This document shows positions 9,155 to 18,762 of a stretch of 64,000 nucleotides of DNA, piece after piece. Source of the DNA: a bacterium (GTDB lineage: Bacteria; UBA8248); assembly GCA_965207065.1 (NCBI GenBank), contig OZ242260.1, positions 2,336,001 through 2,400,000 of the forward strand, written 5' to 3'. How positions within the stretch are numbered: position 1 is the stretch's first letter; every line of letters starts with the position of its first letter. The position numbers were made by a program, and so were the translations under genes. The notes under the pieces were generated by a model, which worked only from the letters and a program-made list of their open reading frames with translations, ran no database searches and was not told where the DNA came from.

Positions 9155-10361
9155 GGAGAAGACACGGGTGGACCCGGAGAGCCGGAAGAACAGGAACCGG
9201 CAGCTTCTCCTGTTCTCGGTTCTTGTCGCGGTGGTCCTGTTCGCCCTCGCGCTTTGGCTCTCGGCGGGTGGGGGCGGCGCGCCTGCGCGGCTCCAGGGCG
9301 GCGTCCGCGCGGAACTCGCGGGCGCAAAGTCTGCGGAGACGGTCTGGATCAGGCGCTCCGAGTCCCGGATCGGGCAGATGGAGGCGCAGCTCAGGGACCT
9401 CGATACGAAGAACAAACGCATCGACGCGGAGAACGCGCGTCTTCGCGAGCGCCTCGTGAAGGACGCCGCGGACGGACGGCTGGTGATCGACCGACAGGCG
9501 GCTGCGATCGACCAGCTGCGCAGGAAGCTGGAAGCGCGGCCCATAGCGCCCCCTCAGGCCAAACAACCCGCCCGGGGCGCCGGAATGAAACGTCCCGCTC
9601 GGGGCGGAAAGACTCCCCCGATCCAGTCTGCGCCCATGATCCTCGAATTCGAAAAACCATCAAAGGGAGGTTCCGCTGCAGGCGCCCGGCCGCTTTCCTG
9701 GTGGCTGCCGGCGGGCGCCTATGCCGAGGCAATCGTGCTCGCGGGGGTTGACGCCTCGGTGGGCGTCTCCTCACAGGGCGACCCCCGGCCCGTGCTGCTG
9801 AGGCTCACGGGCAAGGCGCGGAGCGCGGCGGCGGAAGGCAAAGCGCTGGAGGCCGACGTCACGGGTTGTACGCTCACGGGAGCGGCCTACGGTGATCTGT
9901 CGTCCGAGAAAGTCTACGTGCGGCTTCGCACCATGACCTGCTCAGGGCCCGGTCCGGACACCGTGATCGAGACGAGAGTGACGGGCTTCGTGGCGGGGGG
10001 CGGCAAGGCGGGCGTACGGGGACCCGTGGTGAGCCGGGAGGGGGCGCTGGTCGAGAAGGCGTTCCTGGCCGGCCTGGTATCGGGCGCGGGCGAGACGGCG
10101 GCCAACATGCTCCAGGCGCCTTCCGGGACGGCGGGGGTCGAGAACGCGGCGAGTTTGAGCGATCTGGGACGCGCGGGCCTGGGGGCGGGCGCCGGGTCGG
10201 CCGGCCGCAAGGTGGCGGACTACCTGATCAGGCGCGCCGAGCAGTACCAGCCGGTGATCCAGCTGCAGACGGGAACGCGCGTCACGGTGGTGTTCATCGA
10301 GGGCGCGCACATCGACGGGCAGGACAACGCGAGAACCACAAACCGGAGGAGCAACAAATGA
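9144..10361 (+). CDS. traB: TraB (VirB10-like)
   Basis: TM plus coiled coil, LPAGAYAEAIVLAGVDA, GDLSSEKVYVR, YLIRRAEQYQPVI. Confidence 0.9.
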   Translation: MSDKEKTRVDPESRKNRNRQLLLFSVLVAVVLFALALWLSAGGGGAPARLQGGVRAELAGAKSAETVWIRRSESRIGQMEAQLRDLDTKNKRIDAENARLRERLVKDAADGRLVIDRQAAAIDQLRRKLEARPIAPPQAKQPARGAGMKRPARGGKTPPIQSAPMILEFEKPSKGGSAAGARPLSWWLPAGAYAEAIVLAGVDASVGVSSQGDPRPVLLRLTGKARSAAAEGKALEADVTGCTLTGAAYGDLSSEKVYVRLRTMTCSGPGPDTVIETRVTGFVAGGGKAGVRGPVVSREGALVEKAFLAGLVSGAGETAANMLQAPSGTAGVENAASLSDLGRAGLGAGAGSAGRKVADYLIRRAEQYQPVIQLQTGTRVTVVFIEGAHIDGQDNARTTNRRSNK

Positions 10362-10843
10362 AAATAATAAAACTTCATATGCGGGCGCTCGCGCCCCTCT
10401 TGCTGGCGGCGCTCCTCACGGGTTGCGCCGGAAGCGGCCACGTGGGCGAGTCCTGGCAGTGCCCCCTCGCGCAGGGAACGGCTTGCGCGAGCGTTTCAGA
10501 GGCGGACCCCGCCGTTCGTGCGCCGGGAGAGGCGCGCCAAACGGAACTCCCCGCTCCCGTTCGCTACGCGGCATCTGCCAGCTCCTCTGTCCTGAGCGGC
10601 TTCATCTCCTGGTTCGCGGAACTGTTCCGTCACGAGGAAGAAGACGCAGGCGCGGCTACGGCGGAGCCGCTGATCGTTCCACAGCCGGCGGAAGAGACTC
10701 CGGCCGAGCCGAATGAAAACCTCCGTACGAAGGAGCGGATCGCCCGGATATGGATAGCGCCCTACGTGGACGCACAGAACAACTATCACGAGGGTTATTG
10801 GGTACGCGCAGTCATAAAGCCCGCGCGCTGGAGGCTGCCGTGA
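10358..10843 (+). CDS. traV: TraV lipoprotein
   Basis: Lipobox LTGC, C-x6-C, RTKERIARIWIAPYVD. Confidence 0.9.
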   Translation: MKIIKLHMRALAPLLLAALLTGCAGSGHVGESWQCPLAQGTACASVSEADPAVRAPGEARQTELPAPVRYAASASSSVLSGFISWFAELFRHEEEDAGAATAEPLIVPQPAEETPAEPNENLRTKERIARIWIAPYVDAQNNYHEGYWVRAVIKPARWRLP

Positions 10844-13368
10844 TCGGGCGCTTAAAGGACATGTTCGGCGGCGCCGACGCGCTCGCGCCCCGCGCGCTCC
10901 CGGCCATGCCCGCGCCCCTGGTGGAGCTTCTCCCCTGGCGGGCCTGGGACGAGTCGGGGGAGTTCTACGTGAACGAGGGCGGTCTGGGCTTCGTCCTGGA
11001 AATCCCGCCCTTCGCGGGCGTGGACGAGGGGACGCTGGACGCGCTCGCGGGAACCTTGGCCGATTCCGCGCCCGAGCGCTCGGTGGTTCAGGTGATCCAC
11101 TGGGCGAGCCCGCGCTACGGGGCGGCGCTTGCGGGGTGGGCGGGGCCGAGGGAGACGGCGGGCGGTCTCCTGGCCGTGATGGCGAAGCGCAGGGAAGCGC
11201 TCCTGAGAGGCGCCGGCTGGCGTCCGCTCCACGCGGGCGGGCCGCCCTTTACGCTGAACGACTGCCGGGTATTCCTCGCGGCGAGCCTGCCGGGAAGGCC
11301 GGGGCCCGCGTCAGAGACCGCGCTCGGCGGCTTTCGGCGCGCACTCGAGGGCGCGCTGGCCTCGATCGGGACGTGGGCGCGGCGGACGGAGCCGGACGAA
11401 TTGTTGTCACTCGCCGCGGAACTGACGGCGCCCGAGGTCGAGGGCGCGCACGACGGGGGCCTCATGCGGCCCGAGAGGCGCTGGTCGCCGCGCGACCCGC
11501 TCCATCTGCAATGCGCCGCCCCCGGACGGGCGATGAGCGTCGCGCCTGCGGGCCTCCTCTTCCACCATCCGGATGGCGCCGACGTCGGCGTGCGCGTCCT
11601 CACGGCGCGCGCCTACCCCGAGGTATGGCCCGGCTGGCGGGGAAACGCCCTGATCGGTGATTTCTATCGCGACTTCTTACAACCCGGCGCGCCGGTACTG
11701 ACCGCGCTCACCGTGATGATGGGCGAGGCGGCGGACGGTGAGCGAGCGTTCCTGAAGTCCGCCCGCGCGACGCAGCAGGCCGGAACGGGAATCGCGCGCT
11801 ACCTGCCGGGACTGCCAGAGAAGGCGCGCGACTGGCGTTTCGTGACCGAACGTCTCAAGGAAGGCGAGCGCCTGGTACGTGCCTGTTACGCCATCTGCGT
11901 CTACGCGACACCGGAAGCGATGGATGAGGCTGAACAGGCGGTGCGCGCCATCTACCACGGACAGGGCTGGCGGCTGGGGGCGGAGCGCTACGCCCACCTC
12001 CCCGCCTGGCTCTCCTGCCTGCCCATGACGCCTGCCGGCGGACTCGACGCCGACCTCGCGCGCCTCGGCCGGATGAAGACGCTGCTCACTTCTTCGGTCG
12101 TCAATCTCGCGCCCGTGCACGGGGAGTGGCGCGGCCAGCGGCCGAATCCCGACGCTCCGCCCGCTCTCTTGCTCGTGGGAAGACGCGGCCAGCCCGCCCC
12201 CTGGTCCCCGTTCGCGAACGAGGCGGGAAACTACAACGTGGCCGTGACCGGGAAGTCGGGTTCGGGAAAATCCGTCCTGATGCAGGAACTCGTCGCAGGC
12301 ATCGCCGGCGCGGGAGGCGAGGCCGTCGTCATCGACGACGGGCGATCCTTCCAGCATACGGCCGAGGCGCTCGGCGGCGCCTTCATCGCCTTCGGCAAGG
12401 ACCCGGCGCGGCTGAACCCCTTCGCCATGATCGATAAGGAGACCGCGGCGCGCGACGGCGACTACCGGGAGGAGTGCTTCGCCATGCTGGCCTCGGTGGT
12501 CGGCCGGATGTGCCGGAGGCGCGGTCGGATCGACGACGTGGAAGCGGCTCTGATCGACGAGGCCATCGCACGCGCCTGGGAGGAGGCCGGAAACGATGCG
12601 GATTTAGGGTTAGTGCAGAAAAATCTCGAATCCGCAGGGGACAGGCGAGCGGCCGATATGGCGCTGGCGCTCGGTCCCTGGCGGCCGGGCGGCGCGATGG
12701 GGAGGCTCTTCGAGGGAGGCGGTACGCCCGCGCTCGACGCCGCGCTCACCGTGTTCGAACTCGCGGAGCTCAAGGGGCGCGGCGACCTTCAGGGCGTGGT
12801 CCTCATGCTCGTGGTGTTTCTCGCGACGCAGCGGATGTACCACGGGCCGAGGACGCGGCCCAAGGCCATCGTGATCGACGAGGCCTGGGATTTGCTCTCG
12901 GGCGAGGACAGCAAGGCGTTCCTCGAAGGCGCCGCAAGACGCGCTCGCAAATACCGGGGCGCGCTCGTGACGGGCACGCAGAGCGTGAACGACTACTACG
13001 CGAACCCCGCGGCCCGCGCGGCCTGGGACAACTCCGACTGGGTGATTTTTCTCGCGCAGAAGGACGAATCGGTCGAACTTTTAAAGCAGGAAAAACGCAT
13101 CCACTGCGACCCGGGGATGGAACGCGCGCTCAAGAGCCTGGCCACGGTGGACGGGCGCCATGCCGAACTCGTGCTCCACGGCCCCGACGGCTGGCGCGTC
13201 GCGCGGCTCGTGCTCGACCGGGTGTCGGGCGCGCTCTACTCCTCGCGTGGACCCGCCTTCGCAGCGATCGAGAGACTGAAAAGTGAAGGCCTCACGACGG
13301 AAGAAGCCGTACTGCGAATCGCGGATGAGGGTCTCCCGGAGGAGACGTCAGTTGAGGGCGCGCAATGA
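10840..13368 (+). CDS. traC: TraC (VirB4-like ATPase)
   Basis: NYNVAVTGKSGSGKS Walker A, IDEAWDLL Walker B, RRARKYRG. Confidence 0.92.
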   Translation: MIGRLKDMFGGADALAPRALPAMPAPLVELLPWRAWDESGEFYVNEGGLGFVLEIPPFAGVDEGTLDALAGTLADSAPERSVVQVIHWASPRYGAALAGWAGPRETAGGLLAVMAKRREALLRGAGWRPLHAGGPPFTLNDCRVFLAASLPGRPGPASETALGGFRRALEGALASIGTWARRTEPDELLSLAAELTAPEVEGAHDGGLMRPERRWSPRDPLHLQCAAPGRAMSVAPAGLLFHHPDGADVGVRVLTARAYPEVWPGWRGNALIGDFYRDFLQPGAPVLTALTVMMGEAADGERAFLKSARATQQAGTGIARYLPGLPEKARDWRFVTERLKEGERLVRACYAICVYATPEAMDEAEQAVRAIYHGQGWRLGAERYAHLPAWLSCLPMTPAGGLDADLARLGRMKTLLTSSVVNLAPVHGEWRGQRPNPDAPPALLLVGRRGQPAPWSPFANEAGNYNVAVTGKSGSGKSVLMQELVAGIAGAGGEAVVIDDGRSFQHTAEALGGAFIAFGKDPARLNPFAMIDKETAARDGDYREECFAMLASVVGRMCRRRGRIDDVEAALIDEAIARAWEEAGNDADLGLVQKNLESAGDRRAADMALALGPWRPGGAMGRLFEGGGTPALDAALTVFELAELKGRGDLQGVVLMLVVFLATQRMYHGPRTRPKAIVIDEAWDLLSGEDSKAFLEGAARRARKYRGALVTGTQSVNDYYANPAARAAWDNSDWVIFLAQKDESVELLKQEKRIHCDPGMERALKSLATVDGRHAELVLHGPDGWRVARLVLDRVSGALYSSRGPAFAAIERLKSEGLTTEEAVLRIADEGLPEETSVEGAQ

Positions 13369-13414
13369 GTCATCCATCGCAAGATTATCAGTATGAACAC
13401 GAAAAGGAGATCAC

Positions 13415-14143
13415 ATGAACGCGAAACGACGTGCGCAAACAAGCGCCGCAGAGGAGAGAACCCTCGCCTGGCCGGGGGACCCCGAACTGCTTGCGGCCGA
13501 CTCGGTCGACTTCGAGGCCCTGGCCCACGTGCTCGCCAACACCTGCAGAAGGGAGGGACGGGTGAGGCGCTATCACTCGATCGCGGCGCACGGGATCGCG
13601 ATGAGCGAGGCGATAGAGGACCTGGCCGCCACTGCGGGAGGCGACGTGAGGGAGGCGGCGCTCCTGGCCCTGCTTCATGAGGCCGCCGTCGCCTGGTTGG
13701 GGTCCGGCGGCGCCCCCTCGCGTCGCTCGACGCCGCGGCTGAGACGGCTCGGTGAAAAAACGGACCGCGCGGTGCGCGAGGCGGCCGGACTCGGTGCAAA
13801 GCCGGCTTCAGGGCCTGCGGAACTCGTTCGCTTCGTGGCCCGGATGGCCGATGCGGCCGAGGCGCGCGACGTACCGGGAGCGGGTGCGAATGCATCCCCG
13901 CTCCTCACCTTCCCGCCGATTGAGAGAAGGATCAGGTCCCTTGGTCCGGAGCGCGCGGCGAGACTATGGCTCGAGCGCCTGAATGTGCTCAGGGAAAAGC
14001 CCGGCGCGGCTGCAAGCATTTCCGCTCCCTATCCCGGGGTATCCGGCAATAACCGTGAGGAGGAAGTACATGCCACGCAAGCGCAAACGCCGAAAGAGAA
14101 AGATGGGACGCCCCGGGCGGGAGGTTCGCGCGATGCGGCCTGA
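13415..14143 (+). CDS. HD-superfamily (YfbR/phage phosphohydrolase-like) protein with degenerate HE motif
   Basis: ALAHVLANTCR...YHSIAAH...ALLHEAAVAWLG...AEARDV. Confidence 0.65.
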   Translation: MNAKRRAQTSAAEERTLAWPGDPELLAADSVDFEALAHVLANTCRREGRVRRYHSIAAHGIAMSEAIEDLAATAGGDVREAALLALLHEAAVAWLGSGGAPSRRSTPRLRRLGEKTDRAVREAAGLGAKPASGPAELVRFVARMADAAEARDVPGAGANASPLLTFPPIERRIRSLGPERAARLWLERLNVLREKPGAAASISAPYPGVSGNNREEEVHATQAQTPKEKDGTPRAGGSRDAA

Positions 14144-14381
14144 TCGCAGGCAGCACTCGGAGCCTGAGCGCTTCATCCGGGTCTATGAGGACACCGACAA
14201 CGTGTTCCGCGCCGCGATCGCTTCGGGCGTGCTCTCGGCCGACGCAGGTGAGCGCCTCTACGCGGGCCGGTTCCACTACATGTTCCATGACGAGGAGGGA
14301 ACGGCGTGGTTCAGGCGTCATGACGCCGCGGAGTGGGTCGAGATGGATGATGCGCTTTGCGCGGCTGGGGACCGGCCATGA
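14070..14381 (+). CDS. Small hypothetical protein
   Basis: GAGGAGG RBS before ATG 14070; stop overlaps the next ATG (ATGA); alternative start at 14133. Confidence 0.5.
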   Translation: MPRKRKRRKRKMGRPGREVRAMRPDRRQHSEPERFIRVYEDTDNVFRAAIASGVLSADAGERLYAGRFHYMFHDEEGTAWFRRHDAAEWVEMDDALCAAGDRP

Positions 14382-14764
14382 ACGGGGTTTCCGGGTTCGC
14401 GGCCGCTCTCCTGCTCGCGGCTGGCGTCGCCGCCGCCGTCTCGGCCGGGACAGTGAGGTTTGCCCCCGGAAAACCCCATCGTATCGCGAGCGTTCGTCTG
14501 TCGAGCCTCACGGCGGACTACGTGACGAGGTCGCTGCGCGAGGGCGGGGATTCGGAGAAGGCCCTGGCCGCCGCCCGCGAGTGGGGAGCAAGACTGGAGA
14601 GGGCGCTCGCGAAAGTGGCGGCACGGCGTGGCGTCGTGCTGCTCACCGCGGGCGCCGTCGCCGCGGGCGCGGAGGATTTGACGACCGAGGTCGAGGCGGC
14701 GATGGCGGAACTCGCGTCGAGGACATCACCGAACAGGGAGAAGAATAATGCTGATGATCGATGA
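14378..14764 (+). CDS. trbI: TrbI-like F-type pilus protein
   Basis: N-terminal TM, VVLLTAGAVAAGAEDLT; position after traC. Confidence 0.75.
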   Translation: MNGVSGFAAALLLAAGVAAAVSAGTVRFAPGKPHRIASVRLSSLTADYVTRSLREGGDSEKALAAAREWGARLERALAKVAARRGVVLLTAGAVAAGAEDLTTEVEAAMAELASRTSPNREKNNADDR

Positions 14765-15302
14765 TGCCGTGAAGGGCCGTACCAACCCCCGGGGCTTCAG
14801 GCTGCTCGTCTGTATGGCCGTCCTCTCGGGCCTGTGGCTCGCGGCGGCCTCGCGCGTCCACGTGAACGCGAGCACCTCCGACGGCGCATGGGGATACTTC
14901 GCGCTGCCGCTGATCGGATCGCCAAAGCGCGGCGACCTCGTCCTCTTCGACCCGCCCGAAGCCGCCGGCTCGCCGATTCCGTATCTGAAACGCGTCATCG
15001 GCCTGCCGGGCGAGCGCGTGGAGGTGGATGATGAATGGCGCGTCAGCGTGAACGGCGTTTTATCGGGAGTCGCAAAGCGGCGCGCGCTTGACGGCCGTCC
15101 GCTTGCCGCAATCGAACCGGGAGTCATCCCGCCGGGCCACTACTACGTGCATGCGGAGCACAAGGACAGTCACGACAGCAGGTACCGCGAGATCGGCCTC
15201 GTGCCGATCGAGCGAATCCGGGCCCGCGCGCTTTCGCTGCCCGATCTTCCCTGGCTGGGACTCGAAGGCCCCCTTGCGAAGCCGGAGGAGGCGCGGCCAT
15301 GA
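14748..15302 (+). CDS. S26 conjugative signal peptidase (TrhF/TraF-type pilin maturation protease)
   Basis: NASTS, RGDLVLF, LKRVIGLPGE, SHDSRY. Confidence 0.85.
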   Translation: MLMIDDAVKGRTNPRGFRLLVCMAVLSGLWLAAASRVHVNASTSDGAWGYFALPLIGSPKRGDLVLFDPPEAAGSPIPYLKRVIGLPGERVEVDDEWRVSVNGVLSGVAKRRALDGRPLAAIEPGVIPPGHYYVHAEHKDSHDSRYREIGLVPIERIRARALSLPDLPWLGLEGPLAKPEEARP

Positions 15303-15958
15303 AGCGGCATTCATTCATCTCAATCCTTATCGTGGCCATGATCATCCTCATGGCGGGATTCGCTGCGTCGAAGGATCTGGGCGTTCGCGGTGCCGTATGG
15401 CCGGTCGAGGAACCCGACCTACTCAGGCAAATCGAGGAAAAACTCGAGTCAATGAAGGCTTCGGGCGAACTCGCGCGCATGAGGCGCGAGGCGGTGGAAC
15501 GCGCCCGTGAGCGGATCGAGGCGCCTCCCCGCGTCGCCGGCATCAAGCCTGCGAGTGAACGCAGGAGCCGGCTTTTCGATCCATCGGTCACGCTTATGCG
15601 CGACGCATGGACGGCGGAGGGGCATCTGATCGCGGCCCGGGGGACGCGAATCAATCCCATCGAAAAACACCCCCTGACCCGCGAGCTCCTGTTTATCGAC
15701 GGTACGCGCCCGGTCGAGGTCGACTGGGCGATTGCCCGTAAAAAACCCTCGGTCATCGTTTTGCTCGCGGGCCGTCCGCTGGAGTTGATGAGAGCGCACG
15801 GGCGGGCGTTTTTCTTCGACCAGGGCGGGCGGCTCGCGAGGCGGTTCAGGCTGCGCGTTACACCCTCACTGATCAATGTCGAGGGACTGTTCTTGCGGAT
15901 CACGGAAGTCCCCCTGGAAGACGAAGAGAACGCCAGGAGCGAAGGAGATCGCCCATGA
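15299..15958 (+). CDS. traW: TraW
   Basis: DLGVRGAVWPVEEPDLL, FDPS, GTRINP, FFDQGG. Confidence 0.92.
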   Translation: MKRHSFISILIVAMIILMAGFAASKDLGVRGAVWPVEEPDLLRQIEEKLESMKASGELARMRREAVERARERIEAPPRVAGIKPASERRSRLFDPSVTLMRDAWTAEGHLIAARGTRINPIEKHPLTRELLFIDGTRPVEVDWAIARKKPSVIVLLAGRPLELMRAHGRAFFFDQGGRLARRFRLRVTPSLINVEGLFLRITEVPLEDEENARSEGDRP

Positions 15959-16956
15959 GGCGCCTGATTATTTTCACTCCAATCATTTTTCTCTCCTGCA
16001 TTCTCTCGACACAGAGTGTCTCTGCACAGTCCTGCTCGGGTCGTTTCGTGAACCCCGTGACGGACGTGTGCTGGGAGTGCCTGTTTCCGATATCGATAGG
16101 GCCGATCCGTATCGGGAGCGCGGCGGGAGCGCCGGACACGCCCAACCCGGGCTCCCCGATCTGCTTCTGCGGGAGCCCCATCCCACGGATCGGCCTCTCG
16201 CTGGGCGTCTGGGAGCCCGCGCGTCTGATCGACGCGAGCCGCGCGCCCTGGTGTTTCCCGAACCTGGGGGGCCTCACCATCGACGGTGGACTCCCCGCCG
16301 GACGCGGACGCACGGGCGCATCGGGCGGGGATGGCGCTCAGGGCTCCACCTGGCACGTCCACTACTACGTCTATCCGCTGCTCTCCTGGATCGGGGCGTT
16401 GATCGATCTCGGCTGTCTCGAAGGCGGCGGTTTCGACATCGCCTGGGTCTCCGAACTCGATCCGACCTGGCGCGATGATGAGCTCTCGTTTCTGCTGAAC
16501 CCCGAAGCCGCTCTCTTCGCGGACCTCCCCGCCCAGGCGGCGTGCGCGGCGGACTGCGCGGCGGCGTCTGCGGGACTCCCGCTCGATCCCTTGTACTGGT
16601 GCGCGGGCTGTCAGGGTTCAATGTACCCCCTGACCGGGAACGTGGGCGCCCACGTGGGCGGCGTGCAGGCCTCGCTGCTCGCCGCGCAACGTCTCGTCTT
16701 CCGCCTGCACCGCATGCTTCTCGCCTGGGGAACGTCGGGCTCGGCCGCGCTGTGCGGCCGCTACCCCATGCCGATCATGAAGAAATCACAGTACCGCTGG
16801 CAGATGACCCAGCCGGTCCCCGCCACCTCGGCGCTCACCGGCTGCAACCCCACGGGCCGCTCCACCGTGCTCTGGGAGTCGCTGCGCGAACTGCCGGTTT
16901 CGGGCGAGAACTTCGGCTATCTCCTCTGGCGCAAGCGCAACTGCTGCCTCCTCTGA
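15955..16956 (+). CDS. traU: TraU
   Basis: CSGRFVNPVTDVCWECLFPISIG, WEP, CAGCQG, WRKRNCC. Confidence 0.95.
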   Translation: MRRLIIFTPIIFLSCILSTQSVSAQSCSGRFVNPVTDVCWECLFPISIGPIRIGSAAGAPDTPNPGSPICFCGSPIPRIGLSLGVWEPARLIDASRAPWCFPNLGGLTIDGGLPAGRGRTGASGGDGAQGSTWHVHYYVYPLLSWIGALIDLGCLEGGGFDIAWVSELDPTWRDDELSFLLNPEAALFADLPAQAACAADCAAASAGLPLDPLYWCAGCQGSMYPLTGNVGAHVGGVQASLLAAQRLVFRLHRMLLAWGTSGSAALCGRYPMPIMKKSQYRWQMTQPVPATSALTGCNPTGRSTVLWESLRELPVSGENFGYLLWRKRNCCLL

Positions 16957-16969
16957 TTGGGTGGATAGG

Positions 16970-17680
16970 ATGAAACGATTCTTGATTCTGCGAAGCGTTG
17001 TTCTCTCATATGCGCTCCTTATCGCGGCGTTGTCCGCTCCGGTTCTCGCGCAGGAAAAAGGTGAAAAAGCGGCGCGCGAGATCGTAGATCACGTTCTGAG
17101 GCAGGGGAAAAAATCCCCACCCGCCAACCTCGGTTCCTGGTCGCGCTCGGTACTGGAGCGTGCCCTCGGTCGCGCGTGGAGCAACGCCCCGGAAACCTCC
17201 CTCCCTCTCCCGGCCGAGGATCAGGCCGACCGCCTGGCGGGCAGGAAATCCGAACCACCAAGAAGTTCCGAGATCATCGTCTTCATGAGTCTGTCCGTCC
17301 CTGGCGCGAGCCTGCGGGAATGGAGCCTGGAGGCGGCGCGGATCGGCGCGCCGCTGGTGGTGCGCGGCGTCGCGCGGGGAGGACTCCGGGCCACGGTGAA
17401 GCGCGTCGGGGCGCATCTCGCGGAAGGCGCAGGCGCCGCGATCAACCCGCGCCTTTTCCGGCTGTTCGAGGTCACCGCCGTGCCCGCCGTCGTCGTCGTC
17501 CCGGGCGGCGTCCCGGCGTGCAAGAGCCGGGGTTGTTCGGCGGACCCCGCACCGCCCCACGATCTTGTCAAGGGGAACATCGGCCTCGACGCCGCGCTTT
17601 CGATCATCGCACTTGAGGGCGGACCGGGCCGCGGGACGGCGCGGCATCATCTCGGGAAGCTCAGGGGAAATCACAAATGA
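16970..17680 (+). CDS. trbC: TrbC (F-type)
   Basis: VFMSLSVP, LVVRG, INPRLFRLFEVTAVPAVV, GNIGLDAAL. Confidence 0.88.
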   Translation: MKRFLILRSVVLSYALLIAALSAPVLAQEKGEKAAREIVDHVLRQGKKSPPANLGSWSRSVLERALGRAWSNAPETSLPLPAEDQADRLAGRKSEPPRSSEIIVFMSLSVPGASLREWSLEAARIGAPLVVRGVARGGLRATVKRVGAHLAEGAGAAINPRLFRLFEVTAVPAVVVVPGGVPACKSRGCSADPAPPHDLVKGNIGLDAALSIIALEGGPGRGTARHHLGKLRGNHK

Positions 17681-18753
17681 AGCGCAACCAAAAAGTGAAG
17701 GCCGCCATCCTGATCATACTCATGCTCGCGCACCTGCCGGTGAGCGATTCGCGCGCCGAAGACCCGAAGGCGGCGGCGCGCGCGATGGGCTCTGCGGGTC
17801 GAACGACGGCGGCGGCCGTGGCGAAGGACCCGGCTTCCGCGTCCAAAATCCCCGGCTACGCGGGAACGGACCTCAAAGAGCGCGACATCGGCGCCGCCGA
17901 TCTCGAAGACGCCGCGAACGATGCGCTCGCGGACTCCGACGACCCGGGCGGTCAGGCCGGACGCTACGTGACCAAGGGTGTGAGTACGCGGGATAAAGTC
18001 AAAATCAAAACCGATGACCCGGTGGTCGTGCGCGGGGAGGAGGTGCAGGAGGATCCTTCCGCACCGCGCTTCCAGGCTTCGGGCCTCGCGTCGGGGTCTG
18101 TATCGGACTGCGGTGCGGGACTCGCGCAGGCCGAATCGGGCGGCGCCTGCGGCTCGGTCTCCTGGTGCGTGGGGGCGGATTGCGAAACGAAACCCGTCCA
18201 GGCCAATACGGGGTTCGTCGATTCGGCGGCAAAACTCAACATGGTGATGGAACTCGGCGGCGATGAGTTCGACCGGGGGAATCTTCTCTTCTTCCGGGGA
18301 GAGCGGCGCGCGTGCCGGATACGCTGGGGCGGACTCGCCGATTGCTGCAAGGATTCGGGTCTGCTCATCGGCATCGGCAACTGCACGGAGTCGGAGCGTC
18401 TCCTCGCGCAGGAGCGCCATGCGGGCAACACGCACTACCTCGGAGTCAGGTGCGCGAAGCGGATCTTCGGCGTCTGTGTGCGGAAGGAGCGGGTCTGGTG
18501 CGTCTTCGGCTCGAAGCTCGGCCGCATCCTGCAGGAGGCGGCGCGGTCGCAGCTCGGCATCGGCTGGGGCAGCTGCCGGGGCTTCACGGTGGCGGAGATG
18601 GAGCGAATCGACTTCGAGGCCGTGGACTTGTCGGAATTCACTTCAAACCTCATGGACGGTGCGAGCGAACCCTCGATCACGCTTCCCGGAGCGGACGGGA
18701 CCGGTGAGGCGATGCGCGAGCGGATCGGCGAATTTTATGACAGGAACAAGTGA
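17677..18753 (+). CDS. traN: TraN mating-pair stabilisation protein, unusually short
   Basis: Cys-rich C-terminus: FFRGERRAC, DCC, WCVFGSKLGRILQE, CRGFT, IDFEAVDLSEF. Confidence 0.85.
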   Translation: MKRNQKVKAAILIILMLAHLPVSDSRAEDPKAAARAMGSAGRTTAAAVAKDPASASKIPGYAGTDLKERDIGAADLEDAANDALADSDDPGGQAGRYVTKGVSTRDKVKIKTDDPVVVRGEEVQEDPSAPRFQASGLASGSVSDCGAGLAQAESGGACGSVSWCVGADCETKPVQANTGFVDSAAKLNMVMELGGDEFDRGNLLFFRGERRACRIRWGGLADCCKDSGLLIGIGNCTESERLLAQERHAGNTHYLGVRCAKRIFGVCVRKERVWCVFGSKLGRILQEAARSQLGIGWGSCRGFTVAEMERIDFEAVDLSEFTSNLMDGASEPSITLPGADGTGEAMRERIGEFYDRNK

Positions 18754-18762
18754 GGAATCGAC

